Positions 13,512 through 25,633 of a stretch of DNA of 64,000 bases are shown piece by piece. The DNA is from the human T2T-CHM13v2.0 reference genome, Homo sapiens. The first letter of the stretch is position 1, and every line of letters starts with the position of its first letter. The notes under the pieces are model-generated. The model saw only the letters and a list, made by a program, of their open reading frames with translations, had not been told where the DNA came from and did not search any database. Location of the stretch: NCBI RefSeq assembly GCF_009914755.1, contig NC_060936.1. One strand, given 5' to 3'. The position numbers were made by a program, and so were the translations under genes.

Positions 13512-13695
13512 TGGAATCTTGCATTTCAGTATCTCAGCTGGAGCCAGCCAGGCCAAGAGGTATTCCGTCCAGGGAATCTCCCTGACATGTTTTCCTTGGA
13601 TGCCATTCTCTACTCTTGACCATGTTGCTGGCAGTTTCTTGGGTCATTTCTCCATGTCGGTGGATGGATTACTGTGCAGCTAAATTTCCAGTGTG
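13512..13695. repeat. Direct duplication, copy 2 (184 bp), apparently inside an old hAT/Charlie-type remnant (~13430-13800)
   Basis: Alignment to copy 1. Flanks (ggtgactcacagtgagaatatattt ... ttgatttcacaatccc...ctgcagtctgagaggcac) resemble the element at 14842-15080. Confidence 0.9.
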
Positions 13696-14841
13696 AATAC
13701 ATTGCACACTGGTAAGTTCTAGTCTACTTCAGTCTGTTCTCATTCATTAAAATATTGATTTCACAATCCCTAGTGTGTCGGCCTGCAGTCTGAGAGGCAC
13801 AGTTGCCTTTTAACCTCCTTTTGCAGATGAAGCCATCAACTTGCTGGTCCCTGGTGCAACCCCCACCCTGAGGAGAGACACTGCTGCCTTGATCTTCTGT
13901 GAATCCACCCTCGTTCCTGGCACAGTGACTTTGAGTCTTTACAGACGTGCAACAGCCTTTGTTGAGTGAGACCTCACATTCTTATGCCTCCAAGCCTTGC
14001 TCTCATTCTCAACTAGTCAAGCCCTCCCTATTATATTTCCTCTTAGACAAGTCACCCCTACTCTTGCACTTCCAGCTGTTTGACCTTGTGCATCGTACAT
14101 GTTAAGCTCATCCTGCCCTCAACCTTCTCTGAATGCCTGTACCCCTCAGGGTTTGTACCACCCTGTGGGCAATTAGTTAGAGCTCTCCATGTTATCTTCC
14201 TCTTCTGAGACCCTCTTAGCTTCCTAACTAGTTTGGAAAACCTCCTTGAGTATGGGGACTGGTTTATTCACAACCTATCAGAGTGCCTGCATGCACCAGG
14301 CACTCAAGAAGAGCCAAAATGGGTTAAAGCATACACTTTTCCTGACTTCTAGGATAGGTGGTTGTGCATGAGTTTGTATTCCCCAAAAATCAATTTAGGG
14401 AATGTCATCTCTTAAGAAGCTTCCAATGTTTCTTTTGGTTTTGTGTTGACTATGTTTCATTTTGTCAGGAACATAAAGGTCTATCACCCCCACCATCCTA
14501 TTTTGCTGATGGGGACATGAAGGCACAGGGTGGTTGATGGATTTGTCAAGAGCTCCTTGTCTCTACTATTTCCATGTTTTTCCTTATTCACTAGATTCTT
14601 CTTTCTTCATCAGGGGGACAGGAGACACTTCTGCTACTCCTCCAACCCAATTCTGGACCAGAAAGCTCTGGACCCCAGGAAGCCACATGCTGTGCTAGCT
14701 TGTCTGGAGCCTTTCCCCCCAACCCCCTGAGGGGCCCGGGGCCTCCCTCCCTTCACCTCCAGCTACACCTTTCCTTTCTTCACAAGCCTAAAAAGCTAGT
14801 CCTTCCTCAGTATAAAGTACTTTCAGGAAAGCTTCTAAAAA

Positions 14842-15082
14842 CAGTGTGTCTTTAATGTTTTTTAATGTAACCCACTGTCATCAAGGCATTTTACAAGGAG
14901 ACTTTCTAGATACACACATATATTGGCAATGAACCAAATGTTTCACCACATAATACTAACATTTGTGACTTTTGATGCACTCTGATATTTCCTATTGTGC
15001 TACACTGTGCAATTCTTTTAAAGGGCTGACCAAATTGATGTCACGACCTCCTAATGGATCTAGGTCTGCAGTTTAAACACTC
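14842..15082. mobile_element. Old hAT-Charlie DNA transposon remnant (MER112/113-like)
   Basis: cagtg... start and ...ttgatgtcacgacctcctaatggatc...ctgcagtttaaacact end resemble this family. Confidence 0.5.
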
Positions 15083-15308
15083 TACTCCAAAAATTCCAGC
15101 AAGAACAAAAATCTCAGCCCTAGATTTGCCAACAGTGTCCTTTTCTGGGACTTTATTATAAGGCTTTGCATAAAAAATTTGTTAATTGTTAATATATGGA
15201 TGTGTGCACTGAGTCTCACTGGAAAACATATTGATGACTATTGGTTACAGCCTAAAAAGAATGCTTGAAAGTTTTCCTGGTGAGGAAAGGCCAAGCTAAA
15301 AAGGGGAG

Positions 15309-15310
<2 letters not shown>

Positions 15311-15356
<46 letters not shown>
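15311..15356. repeat. (GT)n(GA)n microsatellite
   Basis: Seen directly. Confidence 0.95.
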
Positions 15357-16573
15357 CATATGGGTGTGGTCCCATCCCCCTAATGAGATGCCACATGCTG
15401 TGCAGATGTTTTATAATATTTGATCTCCTCTTCTTCCCAAAATCATGTGCAGAGGAGAAATTCCATGGATCTGCCCCTGCCTCCCCCAGACCCTTCCCCA
15501 CACCTTGGCTGGCCTGGGCAGAGGACTGCAGAGCTCACATCTCTGTGGGGAACAGGCTGGACTCCCTGTGGGACTCAGGGTCTTCACTCACCCTTACTTC
15601 ACATGTCTCCTCCTGAGACCCCTTGTCCTGACACACTACAGGTCTCTGGCTGTCTCAGGAGTGGCACGTAAAATGTCCGAGATCCAGACAAAAAATCAGA
15701 GACTGCCAACCCTCCTGCCCTTCCCTCAGCAAGTAAGGCATCACATACACATGCAGGCATGCACACGAGCACACAGGCACACATGCACATGTGCACACCA
15801 ACACAATTGCTGTGGCCTTTTTCCTCCTAAAATCACTGAGGAAGCCATGGAGCCACAAAAGTGTTAAGATTAGGGTGAGGGTTTTACGTGGGAGAAGGGT
15901 GTCTGATTTGGATCCAAGAAGATCTGAGTTCTGACCCCCACTCACTCTAGCCCAAATCACTTAGCCCACCCTATGCCTCAGTTTCCCTTTCTATGAAATT
16001 GGGTTAACACATGCCCTGCCTGACTCAAAAGCTTCTTGTGAGTCACAAATATAGTAACAGATGAGATGATGCTTTGAGTATGCAAAGAACCAACTTGAAA
16101 GGAGGGTCCTGGGCCATACGATATAGGGCAGTGTGGCCCTAGAGAGAAGGCTGTCCCTCCCCTCCATTGTAGACAGCTGGGCCTTTGGGCCTTTGTTTGG
16201 CACAGCTGAGAAGTTCCTGATATCTTCTTCTGATAGTGTCTTTGAGCAAAGGATAGTGAGCCTGAGGCCCTGCTGAGCCTGAATCCCACCTGAGCTCCAG
16301 ATCTTCCTATGCCAGGATGTGCCTTGGGAGGTAACACTTTCCCCACTGGGATGGGGGCTTTTGCTCACCTAGTCACACCTTCTTGAGGTGTGAGCTAAGT
16401 GTTCTTCCTTTTCCTAGCAGTGCTCAGCTCAGTACCTCCCTCCATCTTTCTTTCTATAGACCCTGCATGCTGGGGGCCACTTTATCCTCAAGCACCTGAG
16501 GGTACCAGGAAAAGATCCTGGCTTTGAGACACTCAGACAGGGGAGGGGCAGAGCTCTCTCGGGGCTACCCACC

Positions 16574-16997
16574 TGTATTTGTCTGTCCTTGTATTGCTAT
16601 AAAGGGATACCTAAGACTGGGTAATTTATAAAGAAGAGAGGTTTCATTGGCTCACAGTTCTGTGGGCTGTAGAGGAAGCATGATGCTGACATCTGCTTGG
16701 CTTCCAGGGAGGCCTCAGGAAACTTACAATCATGTTAGTAGATGAAGGGGGAGCAGACATGTCACATGGCCAGAGCAGGAGCAAGAGAGAAAGAGTGAGG
16801 TGCCACATGGTTTTAAACAGCCAGATCTTGCAAGAAGTCACCCACTATCACAAGGACAGCACCAAGGGGATGGGACTAAACCTTTGTGAGTAATCCACTC
16901 CCATGAGCCAGTCACCTCCCACCAGGCCACGCCTCCAATACTGGGGATTGCAATTCAACATGAGATTTGGGTGGGGAGGTAGATCCAAACTATATCA
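16574..16997 (-). mobile_element. MST (ERVL-MaLR) solo LTR
   Basis: Typical MST text (gactgggtaatttataaag...ggctcacagttc...caacatgagatttgggtgggg...aaactatatca); 5-bp near-TSD ccacc/ctacc. Confidence 0.9.
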
Positions 16998-18121
16998 CTA
17001 CCCCCCCAGTTGGAAGGAAAGATGAGCCATGGGAGCTCCAGGTAGAACGGGAGGAGAAGAATATGGCCTGTGCTTTGGAAAGACACAGTGGGCTGAGCTG
17101 AAGATGCAGAATGGCAGAGGGCAGGCAACACCACTTCTGAAGGGACCACGACCCACAGGACATACTGGCCCATTCTGAGCAAGAGCAATCCTGGAGCCAG
17201 ACCTGCCCTTATCCTTGAGCAGCCACATAGAGGACAAGGCCCCAGAGCTAGAACTTGGGCTTTATTTTCCTTCTTCACCAGGCTGAAGCATCCTGAGTGT
17301 TGTTTTTACCAACTGCAATGGAAGAGAGGGTTATGATGTTCAATGAGCACTTACGATGTGCCGGGCATTGTGCTGAGTGCTTCGCTGTGTTTTATTTCAC
17401 TGACAGATGTATCTGTGGGGAGAAGAAAACCCCTGGGGCCTCCTCCCCCAGCTCCTCTAAAAATCACTCTTCCTTAATGTAATATAGAACAAAGTTTCAT
17501 ATGAAAATGCCCTTAGAGGGAGGTAATTAAAACAGCAAACACTGGTTTTATCTAGCTCTACACCCTCCCCTCCCCTGCTGGGAGGGGTCAGAGGTGAAGG
17601 CCCTTGTCCAGGTCTGTCCTCAGGACAGAGCCCAGAGAGCAGGCTGTGCCCCACCTCCTCTGTGCACCCTGAGGTGGTGGCTGGGCAGCCCGTTCTCATG
17701 TATGCACAAAAAGCCCACCTCACAGCTAGGTGAATGGCACTTTCTTTGTTCAGGTTGGCAAGGGCAAAGTGGGTGAGTCCATTCACTTTAGGGAGGTGGG
17801 GGACAGAGCAGAAGTGAGGGCAGCACCCACCTCTGAACTGGCTTACCCCTTCTTCTGTCCTGTCTGAGGGTTCTCATCCACTTCTGCCTTCCGCCCCCAC
17901 ACCCACGCTGGAAGACACCTTCCCTCACCTCCATCCTCCACCTCCAGCTGAAGCCACAACGGGGTGTTCATGAACCTAATGCTTTGGTGAGGGACTGGGA
18001 AGCCAAACCTGGAGAGGCAGAGGTCCTGGGAAGAGGCCCAGAAGACAGCAGACCTTCTTCCTAGGATTGTGAAACAAGGTGCTTCCAGTCCACATAGCTG
18101 CCCTGCACATTACAGTCCTAA

Positions 18122-18885
18122 TGATACAGACAGGAGACAGGGAAATACTGGGTAGAAGAGGGTAGTTCCCCAGCAAAGGCCCCACCCCCAAGCCTGGAAG
18201 CCCACAGCCCTAAATGGGAACAGGCATTCCTGTTTTCAAGCCAAATGTTGCTTTTGGACTGCCACACCCCCCTATCCTGTACCCATACAAACCCCAAACC
18301 CCAGGCTTCACAAGCAGACAAGAAGACGAACAAAAGAGCAGGGGAGCAGAAGAGTGACGCAGTGGAGAAGGAGAGAAAAGAAGGAGCATCCGAATGTCGA
18401 GAGGAGTTCGGCTGGGGACAGTCAGAGAGATCTGCCATGGGACAGCCAAACTCCAGGAGAAGATCATCATCCCACTCCATCCCCTTTCCAGCGCCCCATC
18501 CTTCCCTCTCAGAGCCACCTTCATCACCCAATAAAATCCCCGCATTCACCATCCTTCAAGTCCATGTGTGACCTGATTCTTCCTGGATGCCAGACAAGAA
18601 CCCGGGTATCAAGAGGACACTGAGCTGGTTAACACTTAAGCCATCTACGGGCAGTAGAGCTAAAAGAGCACTGTAGCATGCCCACTGGGACTTTGAGAGT
18701 CATAGGCCCACACCCCTAGATGCCACCATGGGGCCAAATCCCAAAAGCAGTCACCTCAGCTCCTGCATCTGCCTGTCTGTGTGCTCTCCCTCCCGTAAGG
18801 GGTTTGAGTGGCGGCCAGACAAGCCACACCTGTGTGGCATATCCTGCACAGGGTTGGTGGGGGAGCAGGGAACTCTCCTGTTTAA
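18122..18885 (+). mobile_element. ERV1 solo LTR (LTR1/LTR27-like)
   Basis: Starts tgatacagacaggagacagggaaatactggg; AATAAA near 18530; perfect TSD ctaa. Confidence 0.85.
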
Positions 18886-19694
18886 CTAAGAGGTGCAGCC
18901 TTAAGTTACCGTAGAGGGCTGGAAGGGACCAGAAGAGGCCACCTATCCCAGCTTCTTGCCCTGGATAGGAAATCCCCTGGGCAGTTTCTGAGGAGACCGC
19001 TCAGAGAGATAGACCACTCTCAGACCTATCCGATGTTAAAATGGGAGAAAAATGTGACTGGTTGTAAACACAGCCCTGCCTAAATTAATTTGCTGTGTTT
19101 TTTCTTTTCTATCACTATTAACTAAACAAAAGGTACATGTGACTGTGATAGGAGTTTGTAGTTAGTGGTAATCAATTATTCATAGACCTGTGGACAAGCA
19201 CCCCTCACCCCTACAACTTTCTACTACCCATAAGATGCACGTATGACCTCAAGTGAAAAGATGTAGCCCAAAGAACAGGCTGAGATCCTGAAAGTTGATA
19301 TCTATTAGCACGGATTTCATCTCTTGATTCTCATGTTAATTTTTATTGAACTTATTTCGCATATGAAGAAATGGAGGCCCCAGGAGTTAAGCAAGTTACC
19401 TGAGGATAGTTGGTAGTGAGGGGCAGAGTCTGTGTTGGAAGCCAAACTGAAGTTTTCTGATGTTTTCACCCCACCATGATAAAACACCTCCAATGAAACT
19501 CCCACCTCCAGCAGGAGAGAAACACTCCCCTCCATCTTTATTCCTTACAGGGACATTTACAGTTCTTCTAGGTTCCTTAGAAGACAATGAAAAGGATATC
19601 TCTCCAGAAGGAACATTGGCAACTTTATGGAGGCACTACAAGTTGCTGCTAAAATGAGGGCATCTCAGACACCTTCCTGGCTCCAGCCAGGGTA

Positions 19695-20362
19695 TGTTAC
19701 AGGTAGTTAGAGAGGCATGAGCAGGGCAGAAGAGGGTTCTTCTCCACCACTCACTAGGAATGTGATGTTTCGACAATTATCACACTGCCTCCCTAAAAAT
19801 GATAATTCAGCAGCAGGGCGAGAGCGCCAGGGAGAGACAACCTCCTGAGGATCCACAGCTGTTAACCTTAAAGTGTTAATTGAATGCAGACCCTGGAAAA
19901 AGCAACTTCCTAGGCATGCAAATTAAGAGACAAAATGGTGAAGTATGACCTCCTGGGTACACTCCACTGGAAACAGGAAGAAAGCCTCAGATGGGCATGC
20001 ATAGGACTTCCTAAACACACTGCGCATGCTCAATTCCAAAGGGTAAGGATTTCACTGTGCATGCGGGCAGCCCACCCTAAGGGAAGAATCATGGGAAAGA
20101 GGTGAGCCTGTGAAGTCCTAGGCTCATGGTTAATCACTGCTCTTGCACTTGTTCTCCAAATTGCCCACTTGGATCTCTTCCAAGTGTTCCTTCCTGTTCT
20201 AAGGACTTTTTAATAAAGTTCCACTCCTTCTCTGAAACTTTCCTTGGTCTCTATTTCTGCTTTATATCCCTCCATCAAATTCTTCTGAGAAGGCAAGAAT
20301 TGAAGTTGCTGCGGACCCAATGGATTCACCGCCAATAACTCAGACACCTTCTATTGGTAACA
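19695..20362 (+). mobile_element. ERV1 solo LTR (MER50-like)
   Basis: tgttac...gtaaca inverted termini, AATAAA near 20212, perfect TSD ggta. Confidence 0.85.
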
Positions 20363-21687
20363 GGTAGACCGCCTCCATCAAGGTAGCTGGCTGGGCACAT
20401 ACCCAGGAGGAAATCCTGTCAGCAGAGCACTACTTGGTCCAGTGCATTCCCAGCTCCAGGTCTGGTCACCTGTCCTGAGACTGACCCATACCTTCTGCTC
20501 CCCTGAAGCCATGGTCCAGCTTTAATCCTCTCCCTAGATCAGCTCCTCTTCTTTTCTCCACCAAGGATCATCATTCTCTTTATTCTCTCCCTTTAGCCTT
20601 CCTTTCTTCTTGAATCCCCTCTCTTCTATATTTGTTGGAAAGCAATTTTGGAGGAACCTTCAAGTTACTAGAGGTCAAAACAAAGACATCTTAAAGAACA
20701 AGATGTCAACTCCACTGTGCTAGAAGGTGACAAATATCATCACCAATTACCAGAGGACAATGGTGAGGAGCACATGCTTCAGGTTGGGGAATGGGGAAAG
20801 AAGGATTCCAGGTCAGAGCCCAGGAGTTCTCTTTTGGGGGATTGATGATGTTTGGAAACTAAGTGTGACTTGGGATATGAGTACCTCAAGTTTCTAAACA
20901 GTTTGCTAGAACCCATTTCTTGTATCCTGAGCACATCTTATGAACTGTGATCTGGGCAGAATTGAAGATATAGTGTTAGTGTTGGGGTAAAGGGGCAAGG
21001 CAGGAAAAATGAGATGAAAATGGGGAAGGATTGGGGATACTGGCCCCAAAGTCTGACATGGTCCTCAGATGGTGTCCTAAACCTCCTTCTGGGATAGCTT
21101 AGGCAGTCACCTTTGTTATTACAACCAACTCATCATCCCAGTCAATTGACTGACCAGCTGTCTGCTAGTCCACCTTTAGACTAAATATCCATGCCATCTG
21201 CCTATCTATCTATTCACACACTTTTGTACTTACCTTCCTGACACTGGGTTAATCTGCCATCTATTTTCTTGGTTAACTGCTGCCTATGCAGTGTCTCTCC
21301 CAGTTTCTCTGCCTTCCCTTCGTGCACTTGTTTTCTGATCCAGACCTGTGACCCACCAGGGACTTTCCAAAGTTGCTTCCACAACTTCTGCCCACCTTCC
21401 TACCGTTCACTCATAGCTGCAGGGGAAACTCTGTGCTCTGGAAACTCCACCCCAACACGCAAGCCAGAGACTTTCCAGACTAAGAACTCGTCCCTTCTTG
21501 CCTTGTCCTTGTAGAGTGTGCCTTGCACACTCTAGGGAGCTCTTCCCCTCCATCACTGGGAAGGTGCATGTTGGATGGGGTTGGAGGCTGAGATGAGTTC
21601 CTGCCCTCTTTGTAGAAGAGAATCACTTAATGACCGAAGCTGAATCTGAGAAGCCTGGAGACTTGTTTTGGGGATGAGCCATGGAAC

Positions 21688-22189
21688 TGTTAGATATGAG
21701 TTCTAAATTTCCTTCCAAAGAATCAATATGTCGGTATGTTCAATTCTTTGCCTTCTACTTTTAAACTTAACTTCCTCACAAAGCAACCTTTTTCGATCAC
21801 CTGCTCCATCCTGACTCATTCTGATTACATGCTCCACCCTGACTCATTCCGATTACCTGCCACCTGCTCCACCCGAACTCATTCTCCACCCTGCATAACC
21901 ATTTTTCCTGCCAAACCACTCACCCCGTCACTCTCTTTAAATTAGCCAATCAGAATTAGTTTAGCCTGGGTGGTCTAACCCTAGCCAATAGGGGAAGGAC
22001 ACAGCAGCAGGGGCCACGTGCATCCAGGATAAGAACTCCTTCCCCTCCCTTGTCCAAGTGTGCTCTTACCATTGCTCCATCTGTGAGGGTGCACCCTTCT
22101 GTAGGAGTAACTTGCCTTGCTGAGAATTAAGAGGAAAATTTTATATTCGAGTACTATTTCTTTGGTGGCACCGAAACTTTATTTAAACA
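21688..22189 (+). mobile_element. LTR10A/F-type solo LTR (HERV-I group)
   Basis: Starts tgttagatatgagttctaaattt; tandem ctgctccaccctgactcatt units; perfect TSD gaac. Confidence 0.9.
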
Positions 22190-22493
22190 GAACAGTTAAT
22201 CACTCTTTTTTCAGAGGCCACATGGAGAACTGGAAGAGATGTATACCTTGGTCTGAATGGCTCTAGGGTCCCACAGCCCAGGAATGATCATCATCCAACT
22301 ACGAGACAAAGCACATCTGCACACACTGCCCCCAAGGAGCCTCCTGGTGGCAGAGGGGAAACAGCCTCTGCCAGAATATAGATGCCTGTGATGGAAGTGT
22401 TAGTCTGAGAAGAGGACAGGGGCAGCCGAGATCAGGGGCGCTGTATGGACTTTTCATTCTCCTAATCCTTCTCCCTGGGCAGCTCCATCTATG

Positions 22494-22823
<330 letters not shown>

Positions 22824-22915
22824 TTAACTGCTGATACAGACAATAGAGCAAAGACATTACAAAACAAAATGTGTTGAGCAGCCTCACATATTAACCACTA
22901 TAAAAGTAAGGAAAT

Positions 22916-23165
22916 CTGAGGTGGGAGGACTGCCTGAGGTGAAAAGTTGGAGACCAGCCTGGGCAACACAGCAAGACCCCATCTCTACAAATTTTTTTTT
23001 TTAAACCGCCAGGTGTGGTGGCATGTGCTTGTAGCCCTAGCTACTTGGGAGGCTAAGGCAGGAGGATCTCTTGAGCACAGGAAGTCAAGGTTGTCATGAA
23101 CTATGATCCTGCCACTGCAACTCCAGCCTGGGTGACAGAGTGGAGAGCCTGTCTCAAAAATAAAA
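22916..23165 (+). mobile_element. AluJ, 5'-truncated
   Basis: Alu sequence starting mid left arm. Confidence 0.85.
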
Positions 23166-25105
23166 ATTTTAAAACAGTAAGAAAATGTCATGCAGGTGTG
23201 CCCAAGGACATGTAGTTTCTTCTCAAGCAAGGAAAGTATCTAGAATGCAATAACGTAAAGAGGACAGCACAGGGGTAAACAACGCCAACTTAAGCATCAA
23301 TGACGTGTCAAGGTTTGTGATGACTGAGAGCAATGCAACCATGATTAAAATTCACCAACTATTCCCAAAAAGCTTACTGTGTAGAAGGAAAGAGAGACAC
23401 AGCTGAAATTTTGATTGATACATGGGTAGGGAGAAGGGAGATGTATGCATGGGATATAGGAGGTCAGTGGGGAGGGGTCTTGTCCCCTTGGAAAGGGGAG
23501 AAGGGGGGCTTCCTGAGAAATGTATGTCTGCGCTGAGTCTTGGAGGATGAGTGGGAATTTGGCTACTGAGTGGGAGAGGCGCTTCGGGAGCAGGGGTTGC
23601 CCCAGCACCGGGAAGAGCATGAGCCCAGGCCCAGAGGTATGAACCCGCATGGTGTATTTCAGGAAGGTATGAAAGCGGGCAGAGAAAATGAAAGCAGACT
23701 AGAATGGCCCCCCAACAAAATAAATGTAATGTCCCTCAATAAAATTAAGATTTTTAAAAAATCAAGACTTAGCAGCTCTGATAACATCAAGTATCTATTC
23801 TTCTTTTAGAAGAGAATAGGCTGGTTCATAATTCAGGTGTATGGAGACAAAGTACCTGTTTTGGAAAACAAAAACGAAACTCTGCTCTCACATCTTGATA
23901 CAAAGTGAAATGTTCCTGTCACTCCCTTGCCTTCCAGGTGCTTTTCTGTCTTTGTGCAGATTCTGTCTCTGGCTCCCAAGGAATGCCCAGAGCGGCCATT
24001 GTGGGCCATTGTGGTCCTTGGGGGCCAAAGGAGGAGGAAAGTTCACCCCCTCAGGGCTCATCAACATGAACCCCCAGGACTCCACGTGGTTCAGAAACGG
24101 GTTGTGTGGCTAGGTCACGCCACGCATGTGAAATTGTTTTTTCCACCAAATGAGCTGGTCAGGATGGCTCAATGTTTCAGAAGAGCAGATCAATGCCATT
24201 CTGAAAAGTGAGTACACTGTTCTAAATCACATGGGGGCAGGGGAAAACCCTGCTAGTTACGTCAAATAAAAGAGGGGAGGGGAGAGAAAGAGAACACTTT
24301 ATGATAGTAATCCATGCCCACCTATCCCACCAGCAGCCTTCATCAAAGGTTGAAATGACCCAAAAGATGCTCTGGCATTTACTCAGGGGTCCCCGGGGGG
24401 AATCTGGCATTTCCAACAAGCACTGGTAGGTGGCAGAAGAAGCCTCTTTGACACACAGCTGGGACTCTGCTTCCAGTAGAAGCCTGACTGAAACCCCTGG
24501 AATTAAAGAGGGTTAGACAAGTCTCCAGACAGGGGACCTGGGTCCCAGAACCCCTCAGAGCGCCAAGGCAGGCTGGCGGCAACCTGGGCAGGTGTCTGCC
24601 CAGAACAGCAGGCATCTGAGGCAGTGCAACCGGAGTGAGACTCTGCTGGCAGTCAGGCTGCGGGGCTGAGGCAGTGCGGGGAGAGAGCCAGCTCACACTG
24701 GTCTGCAGGTGGAGGGGATTCTGCAAACAGGGAAGAAAACTATCAAGAGAAGTAAGAGGCCCCAGGAGCCAATTGATATGAGACTCTCAGAGCAGAGCAG
24801 GGACAAACAGTAAAGGAGCGAATGTTTGAGTACAGAGAGAGAAAGCGAGCCTGTCCTTACAAGTGAAGTGGTTCAGAGACAGGCAGCCTAACACAGGATC
24901 TTACTTTAGGGACCTGGGCTTAAATCCCTCTTGCCAGTAATCCAGTGGTATAACTTCACTCACGGGGTTCGGGAACATCTATGGGCCAAGGAACAGGCGG
25001 GCAGTGATTGTGCCCAAGGAGGTGTGAGGGTGGGTGTGCGGAGGGAGCCCTATGTCCCCAGGAGGGCCTTGGCTTTCCTTTCCTCGTGTTCCAGGATGAT
25101 GGTAG

Positions 25106-25633
25106 TGATGCAGGACAGGCAAGCTCCAAAACTGGGGCTTAGCCCTGGAGAGATTTTTGCTTTGCCTAGGAAAGAATTTAAGGGTGAGCCGATTGTGTTA
25201 GCAATCTTTTATTGACTGGTACTGCTCCTTGCAGAGTAGGGCTAACTCATAAGCAGTGCACCTAGAGTTGGCAGTGTACGGACTCTCGTCAACTATATTT
25301 ATACTCTCAAAAGCCCACTTTTAATAATATGCAAGTTAAAGGATGGGTCAATGCAAATTGAGGGGCAGGTTATTGAGACCTTTCTAGGAAAAGGGCAGTA
25401 ACTTCCAGGTTGTTGCCATGGAAAGGAGTGGGAATTTCCGAGTTGTTGTCATGGCATTTGTAAACTGTCATGGCGCTTGGTGGGAGTGTCTAATGCAAGT
25501 AAGCAATGAGGTCAGCTAGCAATCATTTTGTCACCATCTGCTGGTTTTGTTGTTTTTTTTAACTTTAACCTGTTTGGACTGCATCCTGTTTCGGTTAGCA
25601 GGGTTGTGACTAGAAAACAAGTATTCTATTTCA
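25106..25633 (-). mobile_element. ERV1 solo LTR (MER66-like)
   Basis: tgatg...tttca termini, tttatt (antisense polyA signal) near 25208, perfect TSD gtag. Confidence 0.8.

Noticed and set aside
11790-13683. Shared plus-strand reading frame in both duplicate copies ending at the same TAA
   Set aside because: Most differences between the copies change the amino acid, so there is no sign of coding constraint.
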